DNA from: Candidatus Hodarchaeota archaeon
GTDB lineage: Archaea; Asgardarchaeota; Heimdallarchaeia; Hodarchaeales; Hodarchaeaceae
NCBI GenBank assembly: GCA_016840035.1
Contig: JAEOTC010000073.1
Location: 1-27,419, forward strand
DNA: 27,419 nt
Reading direction: 5' to 3'
In this document: in pieces, positions 9,701 to 17,280 of the stretch
Numbering within the stretch: the stretch's first letter is position 1
Layout: the number at the start of each line of letters is the position of its first letter
The notes under the pieces: model-generated
Told to the model about the DNA's origin: nothing
What the model saw: only the letters and a program-made list of their open reading frames with translations
The model's database searches: none
Translations under genes and position numbers: made by a program

Positions 9701-10338
9701 GAACTATTTCTTAATCGGATTATGAATCTATGCGGATATTCCTCCTCGGTAACCCAATCCGAGTCTTCTATTATCCCTGGCTGATTTACTAAAGTGTCTG
9801 AGGTATACTGATATTGATTCGTCTGAGGATGATACCAGTGTCGATTGGTCATTCCCCGTGAGGCAGTTAATTCTAGCCTTTCGGAAGTGTTCTCTATGGT
9901 ATATCCTACTGTTCGACCAGTTGGGTCAGGAATCAACGTTTGCTGTGAGAAGCACCCCAATCTATTAACCTGAGGTAGGGAATCCAAGTCATGTGTTTTT
10001 GTTTCGGGATGAATTATGCTCTCAGAGGAAGTGGGTCTACTCATCTGAGTACTAAGAGGTGATAGTTGAGCTGGATCACCGAGAGAAGTAAGACTTCCTA
10101 AGTTCACACTGGGGAGTACACTAATAACTAGGATCAGAAATAACCCCGTGATAAACATTCGGTGAAAAATAATTTTCAATCCCGGATTCGATTCTATTAA
10201 TTGTTTATATATTTTTAAAACCTTCATTTTTAAATTCTCCATTATAGATATTCTCTGAAACCCTTTACTCCTACTAATATTTTTTTCCATACCGTTGTGT
10301 AAGAAAGGTTGTAATTTCAGAGTCATGTGACTATCCAC
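6736..10338 (-). CDS. Large secreted multidomain protein with a C-terminal HEXXH zinc metalloprotease-like domain (true start probably ATG 10290 or 10227)
   Basis: Hydrophobic segment MFITGLFLILVISVL. IEIDPT is followed by a DNRLRE/CBM96-like segment ending PKLTFTY. RAILHEVLHTY (HEVLH 6991-7005) is followed by a downstream His and GFIMG (Met-turn-like). Many N-x-S/T sequons. The C-terminal half is paralogous to 11675-13753. Confidence 0.85.
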   Translation of the reverse strand: MDSHMTLKLQPFLHNGMEKNISRSKGFQRISIMENLKMKVLKIYKQLIESNPGLKIIFHRMFITGLFLILVISVLPSVNLGSLTSLGDPAQLSPLSTQMSRPTSSESIIHPETKTHDLDSLPQVNRLGCFSQQTLIPDPTGRTVGYTIENTSERLELTASRGMTNRHWYHPQTNQYQYTSDTLVNQPGIIEDSDWVTEEEYPHRFIIRLRNSSIYFFESPDSIPVFLSQIENSTLWGVGYESFNGVMAFYLNFQDTEWGHAQYLYYPRLTNTSLPSYDSPLYALFPHLYVQDEGNIYDKILNDRTLYSEPFQNPRNTLHFYQDVDTWGLYFDTPNVSILSSTWNFRHGFKYNKTDGLFHMINQITCLTHSFSDVGFAYELMSAPQTDGTGFKPARFLFSNISHQIEKTIDEVWNAGAILNNHISQVEIFSQNNKAHIGTNFNDMEEAGFTQKYLNLHNQLLPNGISRKTLRFGMYGYGSFLAGSTIEIDPTTTWYVDDDNNDLWREYSGTSSWKTGNSYMEVGREWVYDYPVWDYVDMDGYFAIDTGITAHIETITNASLELYFTTNYFESGDGISCRIYNIGGNFNTFSAKENDTSGVAMGTQVTQTGIITGSGTGWKTASSTKIQNALNYWAQYRESEENYISWRLEKYNCDYRQADYARIGENTSSYDPKLTFTYNVTNPPPTGCHDPTGYSGGSGWTNVTNAYTLNNTYALGTSNTSSLYFTDYDWSITPKAIIIQKVKVLVNWRAENGTSDYLKVRVHYLGGPSNWTELTSHSLWALDTLDFSNATTWTPSKINDDAFFKVEIQKVAPSTSNYIYVDWVGTFIEYGKVEVDDWSFSNGTKGDINHSLQVKFKNSGTVVVSDFNFKIQLDHTGDIYYEPWVDVSFSGSTIAVGGTSWVYATISRVFEGASNAEGSTGIGWYALNSGEYEITHIFANHTSWGSKNNTLSNAIFSITSGATHKVFVTAIVCDDISTSHPTTIFDDIETNSNFRIYGENASTWANTSFQEHFSTDFLVTVFNSDANTSAIGEGGEHSWARTQANNLLGLSNSWSNGIGTQPGNHGFDLLITFVEPNISATTVSAAENCIFITNYNTSEGYLFNADSRAILHEVLHTYMHNEDMEAPHGCIEHLEYTPMYFNYTDFNETSQEYYWYWKENTSYNISGICGFIMGLPASWHIHPDTDERVANWIDEYDDGP

Positions 10339-10344
10339 GGATAT

Positions 10345-10425
10345 ATATTTAAATTCTGCATAACAAAATCTCTACAAATTCATAACAAAAGTATAACATA
10401 TGGACAACATAATAATAACATAGCT
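10345..10425 (-). promoter_or_regulatory. TATA box (TTTAAATAT) preceded by an 11-bp-phased TGTTAT direct-repeat array
   Basis: Plus-strand ATAACA-like units start at 10360, 10371 (degenerate), 10382, 10393, 10404 and 10415. ATATTTAAA lies at 10345-10353. Confidence 0.7.
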
Positions 10426-10445
10426 AGCCCTCTGCTAGCTTCTGT

Positions 10446-10604
10446 TTAACTTCGACCTGGTAATGAGTTATGAATCAGAATAGGCTTCAATATCCCTCTA
10501 ATATCCTCCCAACGTTCGTGTTCATATGTTTGCTTGCAAGCGATATTACACCACCCCAAAGTTTCAGTAATAGGTGCTTGACTAATACCACATCGGTACC
10601 ACAT
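10446..10604 (-). CDS. Small 52-aa Cys-containing protein, possible zinc-finger/TRASH-like (below the ORF-track cutoff)
   Basis: MWYRCGISQAPITETLGWCNIACKQTYEHERWEDIRGILKPILIHNSLPGRS*. GGTGA SD upstream. A 7-bp hairpin AGCTAGC/GCTAGCT at 10422-10440 follows the stop. Confidence 0.5.
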   Translation of the reverse strand: MWYRCGISQAPITETLGWCNIACKQTYEHERWEDIRGILKPILIHNSLPGRS

Positions 10605-10888
10605 GAAATTTGTTCACCAGTTGACGTATCGTAGATTAGAAAAGGAGAAACATCATCCTGTTAAAGCTCATTTTTACTGGTTTGATGATCTTACCCTTCA
10701 CTGGAAAACGTCTGAACTCCCAAATTTGAAGTAGAAAACAAATAATTATGTTTCCTGAAAAATAGAAGGGTTGTTTGAGACCTCTGACTTATTTGGAAGA
10801 CATGTTTTGTAAAAGGGGGAAAAATCTGAGAGAATGAAATCTGTTCTTAATTTATGAAGTCTAGCAAAAATCTCAATTCCTGATAATC

Positions 10889-11584
10889 TCACTGCGAGAT
10901 TTTACCCCAACGGTTCAATGATTTTTTGTTTGTTAGTTTCTTGAGAAGAAATAATCCACCAAAAGAAAAAAGTATTAATGTTACAGAATTAACCACATTC
11001 AAACCTATTGGGTGAGTACTAGAAGAATCAACTAAGGGCCAGGTGTGGATTTTGATCAGCTTGGCTGGCATTCTACTGGTTATCTCGATTTCCCCATACT
11101 CTCTGGTTGTTAATTGTACAACGATAATTCCCCCAAGAATAAAAGCATCTTCAATTTGATAAACTTCAAATAAAAACGCGTAAGTACTCCCTGACGTAAT
11201 TGATTGCGTTGGTGGAGCAATCAGACGTTTTGTTCGGTTCCAATACCCTTCATAATCATTCATTGCTTGCCAAACAACGATCTTTGTGATTTTGCATAGG
11301 TTCTCCCCTGAATATTGGAGACTAAGTGCTAGGGACATATATCCAGCTACGTCATCTGGAGGAATGTCTGTAGTATTGGGATGAACCACCATGGGAACCA
11401 GCACCCAATCTGATGTTGTTCCTAAAATACGTAATGAAAAAAGGTTTTCTGAGGAAATAGTTCCATTTGTAACAGGAGGAGTATTAGCTTTACTGATAAG
11501 GATCAAAAAGACAACAAAACAGAAAGAGCCTATTTGATTATTCATCACTGACTTTGTCAAATAATGTCTCCTCATGGATTTCAC
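10889..11584 (-). CDS. Secreted, C-terminally membrane-anchored hypothetical protein
   Basis: N-terminal hydrophobic segment (FCFVVFLILIS) and a C-terminal TM helix followed by a basic tail (VTLILFSFGGLFLLKK). Lies downstream of the second protease-like gene. Confidence 0.78.
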   Translation of the reverse strand: MKSMRRHYLTKSVMNNQIGSFCFVVFLILISKANTPPVTNGTISSENLFSLRILGTTSDWVLVPMVVHPNTTDIPPDDVAGYMSLALSLQYSGENLCKITKIVVWQAMNDYEGYWNRTKRLIAPPTQSITSGSTYAFLFEVYQIEDAFILGGIIVVQLTTREYGEIEITSRMPAKLIKIHTWPLVDSSSTHPIGLNVVNSVTLILFSFGGLFLLKKLTNKKSLNRWGKISQ

Positions 11585-11674
11585 CTTATTGTGTTATTTA
11601 TTGAGTATGGGATCATTCATTCTTTTTAAGAGTTCCCAGTAGAAAGAAAAAAGGAGAGGGATAAAAGATTCCTC

Positions 11675-13753
11675 TTAATCGACTCCTTCATAATGGTCAA
11701 TTCGGGCTGAAAGCCAGAGTAATATATCGGGATGCATATACCAGGTTGGTGACCCACCCATAATGAAACCCCACATACTATAGATGGGTATTTGGGAGGA
11801 ATTTAGATGTTCAACACTCGAACCATTATCTAAATATGTGTGGATTAATTCATGTAGCATCGCTCTTGCGTCAAATCCTGGGTTGTTATTGAGAATCGTA
11901 TTTTGCCAGCCACGAGCCCCCCTATAGGTAATATTATCATCAGGGGGATCATACATTATGGTACTAGAGTTCGTATATACAACAAGTAGATCAAACCCAT
12001 GGTTTGAAGTATATGTTCCCTTTCCAGAAGGATCCCATCCATTACCATTGGCCCATCGTGAAGATAGACCTAGGACATCCTGAGCGAGTTCTTCTGCAAA
12101 CCGAGTGTAATAGGTTGCATTAGGGCTATCATAAGACCCCGAATACTTTATCCCAGAAGTTTCATTATCGGAGATAAAGGTTTTTAGAATGAACTCTGTA
12201 TCAAAATAATCTCCAAATGTCTCTTGTTCCCAAGATGATGATGACACATTATATATTCGTAATGAATTATTATTCTCAATACCGTCGAAATGTGAAGTAG
12301 GAGTTGAACTAGGAAGATCATCTAAAACGATAGGGACGACAAATATTCTATGTGTAGACGACGAGTTGACTGAATATAATTCGCCACTTGGTATACTCGC
12401 ACTCATATTCCATGTAGAAGTATAAACATATGCATCCGTAATATTAAAGACACCGATATTCATTGCAAACCACCCAATCCAAGACTCACACAAAGGATCA
12501 CTGTACCCCTGAAATATGTAAGGAAGATCACTATAAGCAAATGCACTGGTTGTTTCACCCGGTCCTAAAATGATCGAAAATGTAAATTCTTTGTTTATCC
12601 AGACATTGTAATCTGTGTAGTTTAGTGCATTTACTTTAATTTTCGCGTAAATCGTTGAACTAACTGAAATATCTCCATAGTTTTTAAATTTAAACCCAAT
12701 AGATTGGTTGGTACCTTTATAGGAAGAGGTACAATTGATATCCTCTACACGAACATCGTAAAATTCAACTAAAGTTCCAACCCAATCAACCAGAATCGCA
12801 TCATCCGCATTCTGAATATCCTTTTGAAGAGTGACTCGTAAATCATTGCCATTAAGTTGGTCAGGGGTCCATAAAGGAGAAGTCGTGAAGTTCACGATAT
12901 CAACCGCCCAAGCGGTCTGTGAATCAAGGGTTTGCCACGCTGAGGAGCCCCTATCCCATTGAATGCTGACCTTCAGTTTATCATCGACCACTGCTTTCCA
13001 GTGAATATACACTCTTACACCCTGAGGTGCTCCACCAGTATGTACATCCCAATCATAACTATAGTAAGTTACATTATACTCATTCTTAGTGCACGCGGTA
13101 TATCCTGGATTACTACCCCGTTTCCCATATGCTTGGGTTTCATTAGCCCAATTTGTTCCCCCATTATAATTTGAGGGATTCTTGCAGTTACTAGAGGGAG
13201 TCGGTGATAATGTAGGGGGGCCTCCTTCATACACCACGGTTTGCTCCAGTTCATCAATTTTGATGGTATCAATGGTTCCGACTTGATTGTGCACAAGTTT
13301 CACTTTAAACTTGGCATAGGAGATAGTAATATGACCCCAAGAATGGTGAGTACAGTTGACAGTATCCTGTTCCCACGAACCACCAGTGGACACGGTATGG
13401 CCTCCACACCAGCTAGTACCGTAGTCATCGGAAAAGTAAACAGATAATGTGTCGTCATTTCCGTCATCAACGTACCAATCCAAGTAAACCTGATTTACGA
13501 CGACATATGCATCATTAGGAATTTGGACGTCAAAGTCATAATAGATTATCGTGCCTCCACTCGCACTATTACTGGCATACGATCCCCCATTCGATTGCAC
13601 TCCTGACTCACTCGACCAATTACTTGTGACATCAGTCCAGGACGAAGGAGTCTCTGAGCTACTTGTTGCAAGTGTACTCACTAAACTAAGAGTAAGTAAA
13701 CCAACTAGAAATAGACTCTCGATTTTCAACATTTTACTAATATTTTTATTCAT
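11675..13753 (-). CDS. Secreted HEXXH zinc metalloprotease-like protein, paralog of 6736-10338 (ORF open to 13795)
   Basis: Signal peptide (SLFLVGLLTLSLVSTLA) and GGTGA SD before ATG 13753. RAMLHELIHTY (HELIH 11840-11854). Blocks shared with the paralog: VDWVGT, KFKNxG, IGWxAxNxG, NHGFDLL, GFIMG, HPD. Confidence 0.87.
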   Translation of the reverse strand: MNKNISKMLKIESLFLVGLLTLSLVSTLATSSSETPSSWTDVTSNWSSESGVQSNGGSYASNSASGGTIIYYDFDVQIPNDAYVVVNQVYLDWYVDDGNDDTLSVYFSDDYGTSWCGGHTVSTGGSWEQDTVNCTHHSWGHITISYAKFKVKLVHNQVGTIDTIKIDELEQTVVYEGGPPTLSPTPSSNCKNPSNYNGGTNWANETQAYGKRGSNPGYTACTKNEYNVTYYSYDWDVHTGGAPQGVRVYIHWKAVVDDKLKVSIQWDRGSSAWQTLDSQTAWAVDIVNFTTSPLWTPDQLNGNDLRVTLQKDIQNADDAILVDWVGTLVEFYDVRVEDINCTSSYKGTNQSIGFKFKNYGDISVSSTIYAKIKVNALNYTDYNVWINKEFTFSIILGPGETTSAFAYSDLPYIFQGYSDPLCESWIGWFAMNIGVFNITDAYVYTSTWNMSASIPSGELYSVNSSSTHRIFVVPIVLDDLPSSTPTSHFDGIENNNSLRIYNVSSSSWEQETFGDYFDTEFILKTFISDNETSGIKYSGSYDSPNATYYTRFAEELAQDVLGLSSRWANGNGWDPSGKGTYTSNHGFDLLVVYTNSSTIMYDPPDDNITYRGARGWQNTILNNNPGFDARAMLHELIHTYLDNGSSVEHLNSSQIPIYSMWGFIMGGSPTWYMHPDILLWLSARIDHYEGVD

Positions 13754-13871
13754 TTCGTATTTCACCTTTATTTTCTTGAAGAAAAACACCAACACTCAAT
13801 ATATAGTTTCCAAATCAGGAAATCTTTAGTATTAGTTGGTTATTTCTTCCTATGAACCAATTTCCATTCTG

Positions 13872-13941
13872 ATATTTAAATCCTAAATAATAGAAGACTC
13901 ACAAAATGAAAACAAATTGATAACATAAGGATAACAGAAGA
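13872..13941 (-). promoter_or_regulatory. TATA box (TTTAAATAT) preceded by an 11-bp-phased TGTTAT-like array
   Basis: ATATTTAAA at 13872-13880. Units at 13887 (ATAATA), 13898 (CTCACA), 13909 (AAAACA), 13920 (ATAACA) and 13931 (ATAACA). TATA-to-array offset is the same as at 10345-10425. Confidence 0.65.
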
Positions 13942-14016
13942 CTAGCATTTTTCTGACATGACTCGGTTATTCTAGGGTGATTAAATACTTTTGACTCATT
14001 CATGACCTGAAATAAT

Positions 14017-14790
14017 TTGAAATTCAAAAAGGCAAAGACCATTCCTTCCTCACAATTTCAAGAGGTTTCACATTATAAGCAGTCTATATTCGAATATTAT
14101 GTCAAGATTTTGGAAAATAACAGGATTCCTATCCTCTCGTCAGGTGTCGACGAAAAATATGAAGGATTGCTTATTCAACACTATCCAATTGATATCTTTA
14201 TTGAAACTCCAGAATGGTTAATAATTTTTGAAATCATCTCAAGAGAATCCGTCGGTATCAGTAGAATCCAAACTATTGTAAATCAGCGATTCCACTTGCT
14301 TAGCCAACATCGACCAATCATCGGGATTATTGAAAGTTGCGGGGGATATGATGAGATCTCTAAACAGGAATTATCGTCATTTACACATCCGCTCGTTTTA
14401 ACCCAAGAATGTCAGTTTATAATGTGGAATAGCCACGCACGGTATAACAAGCTTATTTCACGTGTTCTGTTTCCCGATCCGGATGCAGATGCTTCAGAGA
14501 AAGTCATTCCTCTCGATTCGGATGAAATGTGTGATCAAATCTTGAGTGGGCCGTTGAAGACAAAGATCTACTTTTCCCTGCTGGAACGAATGAAATACGG
14601 GTCAGAGATTGCTCAAGAGGTGGGTAAATATAGTTCTTCAGTCTATCGTGCATTGGAAACTCTTGAGACGGCAGGAATAATAAAGAGTCGTCGCTGTTCG
14701 ACTAAGTATCGAAGAGTTTATTACTATTTGACTCCTAGAGGATTAGAATTAAAAGATACGATTCAACGCTTATCTGCCACAAAAAACTGA
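14017..14790 (+). CDS. Putative transcriptional regulator: degenerate Mrr/restriction-endonuclease fold plus C-terminal ArsR-like winged HTH
   Basis: The N-terminal FE...PIDIFIE...IIFEII...VG...IQ...GII..GGY pattern is Mrr_cat-like, with the ExK Lys missing. The C-terminal SEIAQEVGKYSSSVYRALETLETAGII...YYYLTPRG is a wHTH. Confidence 0.75.
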   Translation: MKFKKAKTIPSSQFQEVSHYKQSIFEYYVKILENNRIPILSSGVDEKYEGLLIQHYPIDIFIETPEWLIIFEIISRESVGISRIQTIVNQRFHLLSQHRPIIGIIESCGGYDEISKQELSSFTHPLVLTQECQFIMWNSHARYNKLISRVLFPDPDADASEKVIPLDSDEMCDQILSGPLKTKIYFSLLERMKYGSEIAQEVGKYSSSVYRALETLETAGIIKSRRCSTKYRRVYYYLTPRGLELKDTIQRLSATKN

Positions 14791-14972
14791 GAATCGTAAA
14801 GGGAGAGTTTCTCTTTTTCCTACTCATCAATAAAGGAAAGACATGTTTCAGAGTTTCTTGACTCGACTTTCCGAGGTTTTCAACTAATTTTCCACTTTTT
14901 CAAATCAAAAATGCCCAAAATAGTAACCCTTGGAAATAATGAAAAGACTCTTTTCTAAATAATTGATTCTGA

Positions 14973-15428
14973 ATGTCTTATGTGAAAACCGAACAGAAAA
15001 CATGGAAAGCAATTAAACCTCATCGGTCGATGATGATTCTTGAAAAAAACCGATTGCTTCAAACCCTCTATACGGAGGCCCTGGAAGCTCATAATTGGCG
15101 AGTAATGGGGTGTATGGCTACCACTCATGAACTCATTGAACTTTTTGAAAAATGCTCAATCAAACCAGAACTTCTCCTTTTAGATTATGATAAGAGGTAT
15201 TATCCAGATTTACTAGCCATTCTAGAAAAGATCCTTTCAATTCATCCTTCCCAGTATCTCTTATTCGTCAGTAATGACAAACGCCTCCTACATGATGAAA
15301 CCTTTCTTCCTCCTTTCTTACGGGAAGTCCCTGTAATTTTGAAAACCACACTTACAGTTGAGGATTTAGTTCATGATTTGGACTATTTACCTGATTATGT
15401 CTACACTAATCTTCATTGTTTCACCTAA
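14973..15428 (+). CDS. Stand-alone response-regulator receiver (REC)-like domain protein
   Basis: Pattern MMILEKN...LYTEALE...KPELLLLDY (phosphoacceptor Asp)...LLFVS...VILK follows the REC fold. The acidic pocket is partly degenerate. Confidence 0.7.
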   Translation: MSYVKTEQKTWKAIKPHRSMMILEKNRLLQTLYTEALEAHNWRVMGCMATTHELIELFEKCSIKPELLLLDYDKRYYPDLLAILEKILSIHPSQYLLFVSNDKRLLHDETFLPPFLREVPVILKTTLTVEDLVHDLDYLPDYVYTNLHCFT

Positions 15429-15479
15429 CATAAAAAAAAAGAAAATTCTTTTTGAAAACGGGTAGAATTATGTAGAGAC

Positions 15480-17168
15480 TTAGTTTAATATCACAGGCAG
15501 AAGTGTATGAGGGATAAAATGCTCAATGTTATTTGGAGTAGTATGATTAAATAGTAAGCCCTCCTGGTTGAGACTTTGGAGAAAACAATTAGGATCCTCC
15601 ATATATCGGGAAAGAGCGTATCTTTGAGCAATCCATTCTCTTTCTTCATGACTACTAAACCTGAAGTAAACTCCAGTACTATTATATTGCTGAATATCTG
15701 GATGGAGACGGATCAATGAATGTGTAACCAGTGTTAGGCACCCTGAGCGAGTAATTCGAGTGAAAGCGTTTCCAAGTGTCTCGGTATAGACCTTCTGATT
15801 CACCTCTTCGTTCTCCCGATGTTCCTCGGTAAATATTTGTGAAGCATTGGTAACCACAATAATTGTTTCTGAATCACACCACATCGAAAGTGTATGTAGC
15901 AAATATGCAAGGAGCACTCGTTTTATAGGTAAAAGTGGGTTAGGAAACTGATAAATTACCAATCCCTGTTGTGGGGTTAATAATAAGGTATAATCTTGCG
16001 AAAGTGTCTGGAAATTGAGTTCTGGAGCCTCTGCATATAAATTTAGACTAGTTTGCAGCTGTTCACTTAGGGAAAATTCTAGATCAGTATTAGCATCAGT
16101 GAATCTATCAGTTCGCGTGATATTCTTCAGTGAAAGTTCTTCTGAAGGTAAAAATTTAATCGCTTCCTGAAGTTTTGATTGTAAATGTGAAAGATTGGCA
16201 TGTAGATCTCTACTTCCGCTAGCAAATGCGAGAAGATTCCCCAAAATGTTAGCTTGATAGGTAATTTGACTTTCTCTGGAATTGAATCCTTCTGGTATTG
16301 GCAGTTTACATAGATTCAACTGTAAATTGTGACCGATTCGCAAAACAGTCATAGGAACATTATCGTTGCTATATTCATTCCACTTTGAAATTAATCCGTT
16401 TAATTCGTTCTCACAGTCTAACACGATAACTTTCTTACCTTCTTGTGCTAAATTGGCAAGATATTGTTGCAATACTCCAATGAGAGTCCGACGTTCTGAA
16501 CCACCGAGAACAATCAGTTCCGATAACTGTGTTAAGCCGACCTGTTTTTGTGAATTCATAAAATGGGTTCCTAATGGAAATATAATAGGATCATAGCTAA
16601 ACGGGAGTTTGGGGATGATTCGTTTTGGAACCCGTTCTAGCTCAACTATGGGACGGATAAATGCTTTATCAAATGGAATATATTGCTTCGCGGCATTGAC
16701 ACCAGTTCTATGTCGATAGACTGTAAGTAGTTCATTTTTGGAGAGAATTTTCAGGTTGAAACCTGTTGCTAATGTGCTAAGGACTGCGGTTCTGGTGGTA
16801 AGTAAGCGATTTACAGCCTGCTCCATCATTAATTCTGAATTTTGTTCAGTAATACCGAAATATTCTTTGATAACTAAATAATTGTACGTCAGAATCAACT
16901 CAAAAGGAGTTCTTTGTGTCTTTCTTGACTCTTCGATAATATTGTTCGTCCTCCACGTGGAAACTCCTTGGTGATCTTCTACTACCTTGGCCAGCAATGA
17001 TATCTGACCAAGTTCCTTAGCAGAGAGAGCAACAATTGAGAGAAGAACCTTTTGCCTCTCAATAGATCCATAAGGCTGACTCGTACTAATAACCAGGATA
17101 TCTTCTTGATAAAAGGATATATCAACAAAATAGGCTAAAGAAGTACACGGTTTCAATATTAATCCCAA
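15480..17168 (-). CDS. VirB4/HerA/FtsK-like P-loop protein with degenerate Walker motifs (start uncertain, TTG)
   Basis: The order FPLG...LIVLGGSERRT (Walker A position)...KVIVLDCENE...LNL...IIVVTNASQIF (Walker B position)...GCLTLVTHS...YFR matches HerA/VirB4 architecture. GKS/T and DE are lost. Confidence 0.6.
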   Translation of the reverse strand: MGLILKPCTSLAYFVDISFYQEDILVISTSQPYGSIERQKVLLSIVALSAKELGQISLLAKVVEDHQGVSTWRTNNIIEESRKTQRTPFELILTYNYLVIKEYFGITEQNSELMMEQAVNRLLTTRTAVLSTLATGFNLKILSKNELLTVYRHRTGVNAAKQYIPFDKAFIRPIVELERVPKRIIPKLPFSYDPIIFPLGTHFMNSQKQVGLTQLSELIVLGGSERRTLIGVLQQYLANLAQEGKKVIVLDCENELNGLISKWNEYSNDNVPMTVLRIGHNLQLNLCKLPIPEGFNSRESQITYQANILGNLLAFASGSRDLHANLSHLQSKLQEAIKFLPSEELSLKNITRTDRFTDANTDLEFSLSEQLQTSLNLYAEAPELNFQTLSQDYTLLLTPQQGLVIYQFPNPLLPIKRVLLAYLLHTLSMWCDSETIIVVTNASQIFTEEHRENEEVNQKVYTETLGNAFTRITRSGCLTLVTHSLIRLHPDIQQYNSTGVYFRFSSHEEREWIAQRYALSRYMEDPNCFLQSLNQEGLLFNHTTPNNIEHFIPHTLLPVILN

Positions 17169-17199
17169 AATGGAATCGACTATACTTCTTATTCATGAG

Positions 17200-17218
17200 G
17201 AGGCTTTTATATCTGAAA
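17200..17218. repeat. 19-bp promoter-like direct repeat, copy 1 (GAGGCTTTTATATCTGAAA)
   Basis: 18/19 identical to 20993-21011. Contains TATAAAA on the minus strand and lies in a divergent intergenic region. Confidence 0.75.
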
Positions 17219-17280
17219 TTTGATCCATTGAAATCATTTCGAATATTTAAGTGGAAATCTGCATTATGTACTGAATTTAC

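Noticed and set aside
10360-10425. CRISPR array or replication iterons
   Set aside because: The units are only 11 bp with a 6-bp core, there are no spacers or cas/rep genes, and the fixed position relative to TATA boxes fits operators better.
17122-17196. ATG-initiated 24-aa ORF (MNKKYSRFHFG...) overlapping the start of the 562-aa gene, as a frameshifted N-terminus
   Set aside because: No clear slippery site or BHB structure was seen, and the ATG is too close to the putative TATA box. Homologs would be needed to test it.
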